Assembly (NCBI GenBank): GCA_950097015.1
Contig: CATNEN010000025.1
Coordinates: 4,774,001-4,838,000 of the forward strand
Source of the DNA: Macrostomum hystrix
Taxonomy: Eukaryota > Animalia > Platyhelminthes
Reading direction: 5' to 3'
DNA length: 64,000 bases
The notes under the pieces were generated by a model, which was given only the letters and a program-made list of their open reading frames with translations, was not told where the DNA came from and did no database searches. The translations under genes and the position numbers were made by a program. Shown piece by piece: positions 26,368 to 38,815 of this stretch (its first letter is position 1; every line of letters begins with the position of its first letter).

Positions 26368-27496
26368 CGTCCTGCTTGCGAGACACAAAGAAGCCGAACT
26401 TGGCACCACGCGGCCTCTGTAGCCGGACAACCTGGGTGCCGTCTGGCAGCATCTTCAGGACGCGCCCGCTGACAGCTGTCGGGGAAGCGCAGCTGTTCAT
26501 CGAGCTCTTGGAGCCTGCGGCGGGCGATGCGGCAAGACGCTGGACAAGCCGCTGCAGCGACCTTTTCCTCCCCATGAACCGCCGCTTCGGAGTTTGAACA
26601 TCAGCATCCGACATCGCCGCGAGAGTCGATGCGGAACCAGAAGTCATCTTGGACGAGGCCGAGGCGACGTCAACGCGGGAAGCGCTGAGGCTTCGGCGCA
26701 GTCGAGCGACTAGACGGCAGCGAGTGGAGCGCACCCAGCTGGTCAGCGACATGCCGCTCACTGGCGCAGTCGGCGTTGCGGTCGAAGTCAACGGACACTC
26801 TGCTCGCTTAGTCACCTCAGCCGCTGCCGCTGCCGCCTTCGCCGCCGTCTGCTGGAACAGCGGAGTAGTCGCCGTCAGCGTCGGGAAAGCGACATTCGCC
26901 ACGGCTGATCCGTACCGATCCAAAGGCTCCGGGGTGAGACCCAGTCCCGATTGAGTCGATTTCGTCGGCATGTCGACAGATGGAAGACAGGCAGGCGCCA
27001 TCGAAACCTCAGGGTTAGAAGCCTCGTCGGATGTCAGTGCGGCTGTCGCGATGTCGCGGGAACGGCGCCGATGCAGGGGGTTGGTGGCGATGCCGATCGA
27101 TGGCGACGCTGCCCGGACGCGACTGAGCCGCTGAAGCTTCGCCGTGGTTGGCCTGCAGTCGATCTCGGTGATGGCGGCAGATGGCGGCCGTTTCACGGGC
27201 AGGGCAACCGCGGCCGGACACATGTTCGGCAGCAGCTTCTTCGCCTGCTGTGGCAGACAATCCACCTGTCGCTTCATCGGTGTCACCATGGCAACTGGCG
27301 TTGGCGGGACAGCGTGCAGCTGCGGCTGCGTGCGGCTCACGTACAGCCTCATTGGCGAGGGCTGCGCTTCGCTGACTTTCCTGGGCATCCAGTCGATGTT
27401 ACCGCCGCGGCTGCCGAAGCCGAAGGTGATGGGTAAATCGTGACTGGCCCGGACCGCCGCTGAAGTCGCTTTGATGTCGCATTTAAGCCTCTGCAT
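26368..27496 (-). CDS. PDZ-domain protein (Par6/KIAA1614-like C-terminal PDZ), large coding exon
   Basis: Long low-complexity S/A/P/R region followed by GRVLKMLPDGTQVVRLQRPRGAKFGFFV (GLGF-equivalent loop KFGF); phase-1 donor GACG|GTGAGT at 26367. Start codon uncertain. Confidence 0.8.
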
Positions 27497-28645
27497 GCTT
27501 GTTGCTGCCTGCGGCTGTCAGTGTTGTTTAGTTGGAAATTTGTGATTTTTAATTGTTGCTTCAACAAAACAATGCTACAGGACTTATCCACAGGCGTTTA
27601 TAGTGAGAAATCTATTTACATTTTGTCAACAAACTGGAGAACAACTGCTTGACAATACGTTGTGCAATTACCTAGCTAGCAACCTGGTAAATATTAATTT
27701 AGCACCTATGCACCCTGAAGTGTGAGAATACTCTACAACATTCGAGGCACTGATTCCTATTAGTTGGGAATGGTTTTTGACAGCTTGGCAAGTCACCCAC
27801 CCCATTCCTTTATGGCGGGTGGAACCCGACTGTCAAGGAACTGGCCTGGATACTAATAAATCAACTGAAAATATTGTGAAAGACAAACAGTCATAGATTT
27901 TGAAAACGCGTACGCATACCGGATGTGTCAAGAAAAGAAGAAACACATACGTTTTACAGGCTCAACAGGTAAGTGAAATAAAAGCTTGTGCTTTGAAGGA
28001 ACAATTATCTGAGTGACGCAATTTCTGTTCTTTCCGCGCTGACACTCGTGTGACGGGCGATGATCAGGTGAGATGAGATCATTTATAAGAAGCCCTCTTG
28101 ATTTCACTAAATCTTATTGTCATTAAAACAGAGGAAAGTCGTTATCAAGATTTAGTGAATGCAAAAACCCCCCGTGAGTCGATAATTGGACGCCGTGAAC
28201 TGTCGCGAGCAGTGCACGCACTATCGCTTTTTTGCTTCACAATGTCAGGACTCAGGACCACATTGCATTATGTGAGTCTGCAACTCTCTTAAGATGATGG
28301 GCTAGAAGACTAAAAAACAACTGGCCTATGACGTAATACTGAAATAGTAAGTTGATTGTCATCTATAGCTGTTGCATTGTCATTCGCTGAGGTGGGTTCT
28401 GCTAAGCCCTGTAGACCGGTTTGATAGACCGAAAAATAGCAGTTAGTTAAAGATGAATGAAGTGTTGCATCACGGATGCTCAAGAAAATGTTCCAAACAA
28501 CTTAATCTTAATATGTCTTCATTGCACAACTAAGACTAGCTTTTCTTGAAGAATAACATTTTCAATAATAAACTTGAGTGCCTCTAGAAAATTCAAATAG
28601 AACTAAGACGTTTAAAAACAGCTCAAAAAGCACACTTAATCTTAC

Positions 28646-28930
28646 CTTTCTTGACGGAGACAATCGACTGCTAGTTCAACGGAATACGCGAGCGCTTGAT
28701 GACGTTCGTGTCGTTCGTGTGTGGTCGCGAACTTAGTGTTTGAGCTTAGATATTGTCGGATGGATAGGACTCAGGAATTTGCTGTCTTGAGACTGGCTAG
28801 TAATGCGCGTGCGAAACTCGCTTCCTCACCTTTGAAAATGCTTTTAAATTGCTCCCACCGTGCGTGTGGAGAGGGGAGGGCCAGTCAAGGAACATGCGAA
28901 CCAATAGGAACGCGCAGCCAATAGGAGCGC
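28646..28930 (-). promoter_or_regulatory. Probable promoter and 5' non-coding exon of the PDZ gene
   Basis: Minus-strand donor AAG|GTAAGA at 28645; CpG-rich segment with TGACGT and two CCAAT boxes (28901, 28918). Inference only. Confidence 0.4.
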
Positions 28931-29564
28931 GTCTAGAAGCTTCCCCATTTTGGCCCACCTAGGACTGGCGCCTGGAGACCAAATTGACAACAATTAAACG
29001 AAAGAAGAAGACAAGTGGTAGAAAGATAAGAGTCAAAATTTTGGCCCAAAGCCATAAACGATTCCCACTCTCGTCTGCGGCTTAACATTTTTGTTCAAAT
29101 CTTTTACGAAATCGGAGTGCTAAATAAAAAAATTACTATATGTATGAATAATAATAATATAAATAATATGAAAAATATGCTTGACAGAAGGTGTGCGACT
29201 TGTCTTGACGAAAAACTGATAAGAGGCAACAAAGGTAGACAAAACGGCACGGACCAAGCAGCCAGCCGACCCACTGTTGCTCAGGTTGGAGCTCGGAATT
29301 GAAAGCTGACTCTGAGACGGCAGAGATAAGGTCGCTCATGGAAACTACAGTTTAGAGAGATCAGTTTTGTCTGGCTGGCACTCATGAAGGGGACAGACAG
29401 ACTGGCAGAAAAATCTGCTGGGAAATTTGATTTAATCAAGTTGGGAGAATTAAAGAACTGGGATTCGAGAAAGAGAGAGACATGATTGACGCAAAGAGAA
29501 AAGGTTGAAGTAAGTTGAAGAGTTGATACAAGATTATGAGGAGAAAATATATAATATTGAGATG

Positions 29565-31010
29565 GGAGAATGAGATTTAAATGGGAGAATGAGATTGAGT
29601 TGGGAGAATGAGATTTAAATGGGAGAATGAGATTTAAATGGGAGAATGAGATGTAAATGGGAGAATGAGATTTAAATGGGAGAATGAGATTTAAATGGGA
29701 GAATGAGATGTAAATGGGAGAATGAGATTTAAATGGGAGAATGAGATTTAAATGGGAGAATGAGATTGAGTTGGGAGAATGAGATTGATTGAGTTGGGAG
29801 AATGAGATTGATTGAGGTGGGATAATGAGAATGATTGAGTTGGGAGAATGAGATTGATTGAGGTGGGAGAATGAGATTGATTGAGGTGGGATGATGAGAA
29901 TGATTGAGTTGGGAGAATGAGATTGATTGAGGTGGGAGAATGAGATTGAGTTGGGAGAATGAGATTGAGTTGGGAGAATGAGATTGAGTTGGAAGAATGA
30001 GATTGATTGAGTTGGGAGAATGAGATTGATTGAGTTGGGAGAATGAGATTGATTGAATTGGGAGAATGAGATTGAGTTGGGAGAATGAGATTGATTGAGT
30101 TGGGAGAATCAGATTGATTGAGTTGGGAGAATGAGATTGATTGAGTTGGGAGAATGAGATTGATTAAGTTGGGAGAATGAGATTGATTGAGGTGGGATAA
30201 TGAGATTGATTGAATTGGGAGAATGAGATTGATTGAGTTGGGAGAATGAGATTGAGTTGGGAGAATGAGATTGAGTTGGGAGAATGAGATTGAGTTGGGA
30301 GAATGAGATTGAGTTGGGAGAATGAGATTGAGTTGGGAGAATGAGATTGAGTTGGGAGAATGAGATTGAGTTGGGAGAATGAGATTGAGTTGGGAGAATG
30401 AGATTGAGTTGGGAGAATGAGATTGAGTTGGGAGAATGAGATTGAGTTGGGAGAATGAGATTGAGTTGGGAGAATGAGATTGAGTTGGGAGAATGAGATT
30501 GAGTTGGGAGAATGAGATTGAGTTGGGAGAATGAGATTGAGTTGGGAGAATGAGATTGAGTTGGGAGAATGAGATTGAGTTAGGAGAATGAGATTGAGTT
30601 GGGAGAATGAGATTGAGTTGGGAGAATGAGATTGAGTTGGGAGAATGAGATTGAGTTGGGAGAATGAGATTGAGTTGGGAGAATGAGATTGAGTTGGGAG
30701 AATGAGATTGAGTTGGGAGAATGAGATTGAGTTGGGAGAATGAGATTGAGTTGGGAGAATGAGATTGAGTTGGGAGAATGAGATTGAGTTGGGAGAATGA
30801 GATTGAGTTGGGAGAATGAGATTGAGTTGGGAGAATGAGATTGAGTTGGGAGAATGAGATTGAGTTGGGAGAATGAGATTGAGTTGGGAGAATGAGATTG
30901 AGTTGGGAGAATGAGATTGAGTTGGGAGAATGAGATTGAGTTGGGAGAATGAGATTGAGTTGGGAGAATGAGATTGAGTTGGGAGAATGAGATTGAGTTG
31001 GAAAAAGTGA
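29565..31010. repeat. 19-bp minisatellite (GAGATTGAGTTGGGAGAAT)n with 23-bp and TTTAAAT variants
   Basis: Read directly; variants are segregated in blocks. Confidence 0.97.
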
Positions 31011-32984
31011 GATTGTGAAGAGATCAAGTTAAGTACGGGTATCCATTCAATAAATGGGTGGATAGTGATCGTTAAGGCAGTGGGAGATATGATATTCGCA
31101 ATGCAAACACTGATTGCCAGTCTTATCAGTGTGGGAACAGCAATCTAATGTACCGTTTACATGTTTTGATTATACATTACAGTCTTTGTTGCCATGCGTG
31201 CGGAAAACTTATAAAACTGTCGCTTAATTAGGATCAGAGGATTACAGAGGTGTACGGGTGGATCGTAATTATTGGCAACAGAGCATCAATTTCAGAGTAT
31301 GATCAGTTCAACAATAATTAGTTGAGTATTCGCTCAAACTTAACGCTGCAGTAATTGTTGACTGTATATCTGTCCAAATTGTGATACTAATAATTGGATA
31401 CATCTTGTTAAAAAAAGTTATTGCTAGATCTAATTATATAGTTTCCCCATAGAGTACTGTGTGGTTATCCAAAGTTCTGCTTTGTTGCTATGCGAATTAA
31501 AAAGGCCAATAATTAATACTCTCTATAAAATATATCGCTGTCTTCATGCACAGTATAAGAAAACCAAATTATTACTGTCTGATTAATAAATCAGACTGTT
31601 GCTCTTGGTCTTGGTTATGATTGCGATTGTGATAAATCTTATAGGTGTGAAAACTGTATACTCACTAATGTGACTGCTCCAATTGCTTCAAAATGACTTG
31701 CGAATTGCTCAACAAAACAGACTATGCAAAATTTTCTGCCTTAGGGGGGTTTTCAGCTCATCCCTAAATCTCAAAATGCTGCAGTTTTAAGTACCGGATT
31801 CTCACATCGCTACATTTTCACACATTTTGAAGCAAATCTTTCATAAGGCCCTCTCGACTAGATTTCTATAAATAGACATTGAAGTGACTTTGCGCAACAG
31901 AAATGGTTATTGTAATAGATAATAAACCTGTGGGAATGTGCAAATATTCAATTCACACCTCTTGTTTCATATGTTACAAGAACACACCCTGAGCACGCGC
32001 CTACTCACACTGCAGTACGAGCTAATATCCAATTTGCTAAATACTATACTGGGAATTCTGCTAATATTTTCCCAACTCTCAACTGCTGTACCATAAAATT
32101 TCCTCAAACTAAGTAGACACGGATTATGCAATTAAAACAGTCATCCCTCATTCATTTTCCATCAAATCTCAGAGAAATCTCATTGTTTACACAATTCGCA
32201 ACAATTGCCTCGCCTACTCGCCTGTCATTGGTTAGTTCTGTAACCGATTGACTCAAACAATTTGCCTTTTTCGCTGTTCTTAATGAGGTTAATACGAGCC
32301 GTAGTATTTTATCAAACAGCCACAGGTGTTGCTTGAGCTTGAAAAGACAAGTTATGAAAGAATGTGTTGCATTTCAGGAAAGCTTTGAATAAACCTTAAA
32401 GTTGTGCAACTTTTACACTGAATACACATACAAACTATATAATATAGCTTTACTAATCATGAGCTATGAAGAAGTTAATCCAGGTGTACCCATACGGATC
32501 ACATTTGTATATACATGCCAATTCCATACGCACACACACACACATGCATAAACGTACTCAGGTATTGAACATTTGAGGATTTGATTTCATTTTCAATTAT
32601 CTAATTATATACAAGTTGATTAATTTAGGTTCAATTTGAATTGTCTGGGACTGTCTGAGCACAGGTGGGCGGGTCTGATTGCTGGCTGCCACACCACCGC
32701 ACGCTTCATTGACCATGCGATTTCTGCTGCCTATCAATAAAGTTTTCTTCTTGTCTTCCTAAACAATTTAAATCAGGGCCATGAGAATCATTTTTAAGAC
32801 AAGGCTGCTGTTGTTTTAGTAAACAAAATTTTAATTCGTTTACGAATCTTTTTGATAAATTTTAGCTCGGAAATTTGACAAACCCAAAATGCGGGCACGC
32901 AATGTGTTTTAATCTTTAAACTCTGAGAGATTCCTCAAAAATTAATTCCATATAGAAGAGATAAATATGAATGCTACAGCCGCT

Positions 32985-35290
32985 CTCCCACTCTTTATCT
33001 CTACTACCTCCCTCACTTTCCACTCTCCATCTCTACTACCTCCTTCACTTTCCACTCTCCCTCTCTACTACCTCCCTCACTTTCCACTCTCCATCTCTAC
33101 TACCTCCCTCACTTTCCACTCTCCATCTCTACTACCTCCCTCACTTTCCACTTTCCATCTCTACTACCTCCCTCACTTTCCACTTTCCATCTCTACTACC
33201 TCCCTCACTCTCCACTCTCCATCTCTACTACCTCCCTCACTTTCCACTCTCCATCTCTACTACCTCCCTCACTTTCCACTTTCCATCTCTACTACCTCCC
33301 TCACTCTCCACTCTCCATCTCTACTACCTCCCTCACTTTCCCCTCTCCATCTCTACTACCTCCCTCACTCTCCACTCTCCATCTCTACTACCTCCCTCAC
33401 TCTCCACTCTCCATCTCTACTACCTCCCTCACTTTCCCCTCTCCATCTCTACTACCTCCCTCACTTTCCCCTCTCCATCTCTACTACCTCCCTCACTTTC
33501 CCCTCTCCATCTCTACTACCTCCCTCACTTTCCACTCTCCATCTCTACTACCTCCCTCACTCTCCACTCTCCATCTCTACTACCTCCCTCACTCTCCACT
33601 CTCCATCTCTACTACCTCCTTCACTTTCCACTCTCCCTCTCTACTACCTACCTCACTCTCCACTCTCCATCTCTACTACCTCCCTCACTTCCCCTCTCCA
33701 TCTCTACTACCTCCTACACTTTCCACTCTCCATCTCTACTACCTCCCTCACTTTCCCCTCTCCCTCTCTACTACCTCCCTCACTCTCCACTCTCCATCTC
33801 TACAACCTCCCTCACTTTCCCCTCTCCCTCTCTACTACCTCCCTCACTTTCCCCTCTCCATCTCTACTACCTCCCTCACTTTCCCCTCTCCCTCTCTACT
33901 ACCTCCCTCACTTTCCCCTCTCCATCTCTACTACCTCCCTCACTTTCCCCTCTCCCTCTCTACTACCTCCCTCACTCTCCACTCTCCATCTCTACTACCT
34001 CCCTCACTTTCCACTCTCCATCTCTACTACCTCCTTCACTTTCCACTCTCCCTCTCTACTACCTCCCTCACTCTCCACTCTCCATCTCTACTACCTCCCT
34101 CACTTCCCCTCTCCATCTCTACTACCTCCTTCACTTTCCACTCTCCATCTCTACAACCTCCCTCACTTTCCCCTCTCCCTCTCTACTACCTCCCTCACTC
34201 TCCACTCTCCATCTCTACTACCTCCCTCACTTTCCACTCTCCCTCTCTACTACCTCCCTCACTTTCCCCTCTCCATCTCTACTACCTCCCTCACTTTCCC
34301 CTCTCCCTCTCTACTACCTCCCTCACTTTCCCCTCTCCATCTCTCCTACCTCCCTCACTTTCCCCTCTCCCTCTCTACTACCTCCCTCACTTTCCACTCT
34401 CCCTCTCTACTACCTCCCTCACTTTCCACTCTCCATCTCTACTACCTCCCTCACTTTCCCCTCTCCATCTCTACTACCTCCCTCACTTTCCCCTCTCCAT
34501 CTCTACTACCTCCCTCACTTCCCCTCTCCATCTCTACTACCTCCCTCACTTCCCCTCTCCATCTCTACTACCTCCCTCACTTTCCACTCTCCCTCCCTCT
34601 CCACTCTCCCTCACTTTCCACTCTCCCTCACTCTCCACACTCCCTCACTCTACACTCTCCCTCACTCTCCACTCTCCCTCACTTTCCACTCTCCCTCTCT
34701 CTCCATTCTCCCTCACTTTCCACTCTCCCTCTCTCTCCACTCTCCCTCACTTTCCACTCTCCCTCACTCTCCACACTCCCTCACTCTACACTCTCCCTCA
34801 CTCTCCACTCTCTCTCACTTTCCACTCTCCTTCTCTCTCCATTCTCCCTCACTTTCCACTCTCCCTCTCTCTCCACTCTCCCTCACTTTCCACTCTCCCT
34901 CACTCTCCACTCTCCCTCACTCTCCACTCTCCCTCACTCTCCACTCTCCCTCACTCTCCACTCTCCCTCACTTTCCACTCTCCCTCACTTTCCCCTCTCC
35001 ATCTCTACTACCTCCCTCACTTTCCCCTCTCCATCTCTACTACCTCCCTCACTTTCCACTCTCCCTCACTCTCCACTCTCCCTCACTTTCCACTCTCCCT
35101 CACTCTCCACTCTCCCTCACTTTCCACTCTCCCTCACTCTCCACTCTCCCTCACTCTCCACTCTCCCTCACTCTCCACTCTCCCTCACTTTCCACTCTCC
35201 CTCACTCTCCACTCTCCCTCACTCTCCACTCTCCCTTACTTTCCACTCTCCCTCACTCTTCTCTCTCCCTCACTCTCCACTCTCCCTCAC
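32985..35290. repeat. Polypyrimidine array: 32-bp unit (CTCTACTACCTCCCTCACTTTCCACTCTCCAT) grading into a roughly 20-bp unit; left arm of a foldback-like structure
   Basis: Read directly; the 800-aa ORFs are period artefacts. Confidence 0.95.
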
Positions 35291-35904
35291 TCCCCGCTTG
35301 CCGTACCTCCCAAATCTTGAGACCACTCTCCCACTCCACCTGTCTCTTAAGCGGACACGAAACCCTGTTCCCCGACCAGTAGAAACAACAGACCGGATGG
35401 CCACACCAATTGCTATCTGAGTCGTGTGGACAGCGGGAGTTACTGAGGGACACTAATTTGAGTTCCTCATCAATCTAAGATCAGGTTTTCCTGGTCTTAC
35501 GAATATCTCATGGCCTCTGAACACTATATTTATGAGCCAGAGGCGACACTTGAACTCCGCTTTCAAAAAAAGCTAATTACCATCGGGTGTCATGGCAACT
35601 AATATTTTGGCCCGAGGAAAACCGCAGATGTCCTACCGACAGACTTTTATCGACCTCTGACGCCTTTTATTTTCAGTTTTTTTGTAAATATGTCAGACCG
35701 TTTCTGTGAGGTAGATTCTAAATAGCAAATAAATTTATGACGTGTTGTGTTGGTTAGTTGCAATGACTTACAAAGTTTATTTAAAGTTAAATTTGTAACT
35801 ATCTGCTAGTCACAGTAGTACGCGTGTTGCTATCGAAATTTATATTGACTAATTACATTTCTAGCAGCAGATAAATAATTTATGATCTTTTAAAGAGTCA
35901 GTGG

Positions 35905-36465
35905 AGGTGAGCGGCAGTGAGGGGAGGAGAGAGCGGCAGTGAGGGGAGGAGAGAGCGGCAGTGAGGGGAGGAGAGAGCGGCAGTGAGGGGAGGAGAGAGC
36001 GGCAGTGAGGGGAGGAGAGAGCGGCAGTGAGGGGAGGAGAGAGCGGCAGTGAGGGGAGGAGAGAGCGGCAGTAAGGGGAGGAGAGAGCGGCAGTGAGAGC
36101 GAGAGAGGGAGAGTGGAGAGTGAGGGAGAGTGGAGAGTGAGGGAGAGTGGAGAGAGAAGGAGAGTGGAGAGAGAAGGAGAGTTGAGAGAGAGGGAGAGTG
36201 GAGAGAGAGGGAGAGTGGAGAGAGAGGGAGAGAGAGGGAGAGTGGAGAGTGAGGGAGAGTGGAGAGTGAGGGGGAGTGGAGAGTGAGGGGGAGTGGACAG
36301 TGAGGGAGAGTGGAGAGTGAGGGGGAGTGGACAGTGAGGGAGAGTGGAGAGTGAGGGAGAGTGGAGAGTGAGAGAGAGTGGACAGTGAGGGAGAGTGGAG
36401 AGTGAGGGAGAGTTGAGGGTGAGGGAGAGTGGAAAGTGAGGGAGGTAGTAGAGATAAAGAGTGGC
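35905..36465. repeat. Polypurine array: 22-bp unit, then the inverted roughly 20-bp unit; right arm of a foldback-like structure
   Basis: GAGAGTGGAGAGTGAGGGA is the reverse complement of the left-arm unit; it ends in the reverse complement of the left-arm start. Confidence 0.9.
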
Positions 36466-37654
36466 AGAGTGGAAGAGTGGGCAAACCATGGGAATTGGGA
36501 GGAGTTGGCAGGACGTTGCGATATTAAAGAGAGGGAGAGTGGGAGATGAGGCGAAGCGAAAGTAGAGGCGAAAAAGAGTCAAATTCCTCCGGGCAATAGG
36601 GAGGTGGGGTTGTCGCTAGCTGGTTGAACGAAAAAGCAAACTAATAATAGGATGCGGTGCGAGTGCACAAGGCGGGAAGTGAGTGGTTTGTTCGAGTATC
36701 ATGCATGCATGGGGTGAGTGAGTGAGCACTGTCATAACCACAGGGTCCGGCATGCGGGCTATTAGCCCCTATATTGTTTAGCAGTCCCTGACCTCCCAGT
36801 CCCTTGGCCATAGATACTAGAACAGGATAAGGCGTTCGCAAGACCGCATTGTGACTGCGAACAGTGTAAAATAGCGGAGTGCAACACATTTGTGTGGGCG
36901 GAGTCAGGTCGAATAAAGGGTAAGAGAAAAAAATTGCTAGAGAAAAAATCCTTAATCTATACAATGATCCCCAGAGTTGGCACCTTGGCGCTCCCGGATC
37001 TGGGTGGGAAATTCTGAGCGTAGGCACGGGAATATTAGATGTTATTGTTCGAGCATTTAGGCATAGCCATGTTCTAGGGCTTAATTCCGAATGGATAAGT
37101 TGCTAAATAGCATGGAGTTTATTACCACAGACTAAACATTTCTTAAATATCCATTCGAGTCGTTTACGTTTCGTGCCAGGGTGTAGCAATATTATTCTGG
37201 AATTTCATTTATCAGGCACGACTTAATTTCCTGATGACTTGCGACAGCGACTTCTCACACTGTTGAAAATTGTGGCAGTTTTATCCGCGTGCCAAACCTA
37301 TTATAGCCCTATAGTTCTCACAATTGACCTGGTGAACCGACTTAACACCTACTCACTCAGTTCTGAGCACACGCCTTATCTGCCATAGTCCACGTGAAGG
37401 CCTATTTATTGAGCCTCTATCAAGAGCCTTTTAGAGACTAAATTTTTTAAGTTCAGGGTATAAAAGCAATAAGTATGAGAATAAGTGGCTGATCCTAATA
37501 AACATACTTTTGAGAACACCAGGAGATGCTCACTATTTTCAAAACTGCGTCCATAGCCTACAATAAGCAGGTAAGGCTTTACATAATACAGATTGAAAGG
37601 AAAGAACGTCGGTGAACTCTGGCCTTTCAAACCATACGATACGGTACACCTCAA

Positions 37655-38815
37655 ATCTCCCCCTGTCTCATCTCTCCCCTGTTTTATCACTCCCCTGTTT
37701 TATCACTCCCGTGTCTCATCTCTCCCCAGTTTTATCACTCCCCTGTCTCATCTCTCCCCTGTTTTATCACTCCCGTGTCTCATCTCTCCCCTGTTTTATC
37801 ACTCCCCTGTCTCATCTCTCCCCTGTCTCATCTCTCCCCTGTTTTATCACTCCCGTGTCTCATCTCTCCCCTGTCTCATTCCTCCCGTGTCTCATCTCTC
37901 CCCTGTTTTATTATCCCCTGTCTCATCTCTCCCCTGTCTCATCTCTCCCCTGTTTTATCACTCCCGTGTCTCATCTCTCCCCTGTTTTATCACTCCTGTG
38001 TCTCATCTCTCCCCTGTTTTATCACTCCCATGTCTCATCTCTCCCCTGTCTCATCTCTCCCCTGTCTCATCTCTCCCCTGTCTCATCTCTACCCTGTCTC
38101 ATCTCTCCCCTGTCTCATCTCTCCCCTGTCTCATCTCTCCCGTGTCTCATCTCTCCCCTGTCTCATCTCTACCCTGTCTCATCTCTCCCCTGTCTCATCT
38201 CTCCCCTGTCTCATCTCTCCCCTGTCTCATCTCTCCCCTGTTTTATCACTCCCGTGTCTCATCTCTCCCCTGTCTCATTCCTCCCGTGTCTCATCTCTCC
38301 CCTGTTTTATCACTCCCCTGTCTCATCTCTCCCCTGTTTTATCACTCCCGTGTCTCATCTCTCCCCTGTTTTATCACTCCCATGTCTCATCTCTCCCCTG
38401 TCTCATCTCTCCCCTGTCTCATCTTTCCCCTGTCTCATCTCTCCCCTGTCTCATCTCTACCCTGTCTCATCTCTCCCCTGTCTCATCTCTACCCTGTCTC
38501 ATCTCTCCCCTGTCTCATCTCTACCCTGTCTCATCTCTACCCTGTCTCATCTCTCCCCTGTCTCATCTCTCTTCTGTCTCATCTCTCCCCTGTCTCATCT
38601 CTCCCCTGTCTCATCTCTCCCCTGTCTCATCTCTACCCTGTCTCATCTCTCCCCTGTCTCATCTCTCCCCTGTCTCATCTCTACCCTGTCTCATCTCTCC
38701 CCTGTCTCATCTCTCCCCTGTCTCATCTCTACCCTGTCTCATCTCTCCCCTGTCTCATCTCTCTTCTGTCTCATCTCTCCCCTGTCTCATCTCTCTTCTG
38801 TCTCATCCCTCCTGT
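37655..38815. repeat. About 16-bp minisatellite (CCTGTCTCATCTCTCC)n, copy 3, inverted relative to copies 1 and 2
   Basis: Reverse complement of GGAGAGATGAGACAGG; has a private TTTTATCACT variant. Confidence 0.96.

Noticed and set aside
27777-27838. Possible pre-miRNA hairpin (TTGACAG...CTGTCAA)
   Set aside because: The stem is broken by a large asymmetric bulge; not convincing without folding or small-RNA data.
35530-35610. MSQRRHLNSAFK...HGN resembling a pogo/Brinker-type DNA-binding N-terminus in the foldback loop
   Set aside because: Requires a frameshift and a stop within about 25 codons; the similarity is by eye only and too short to support.
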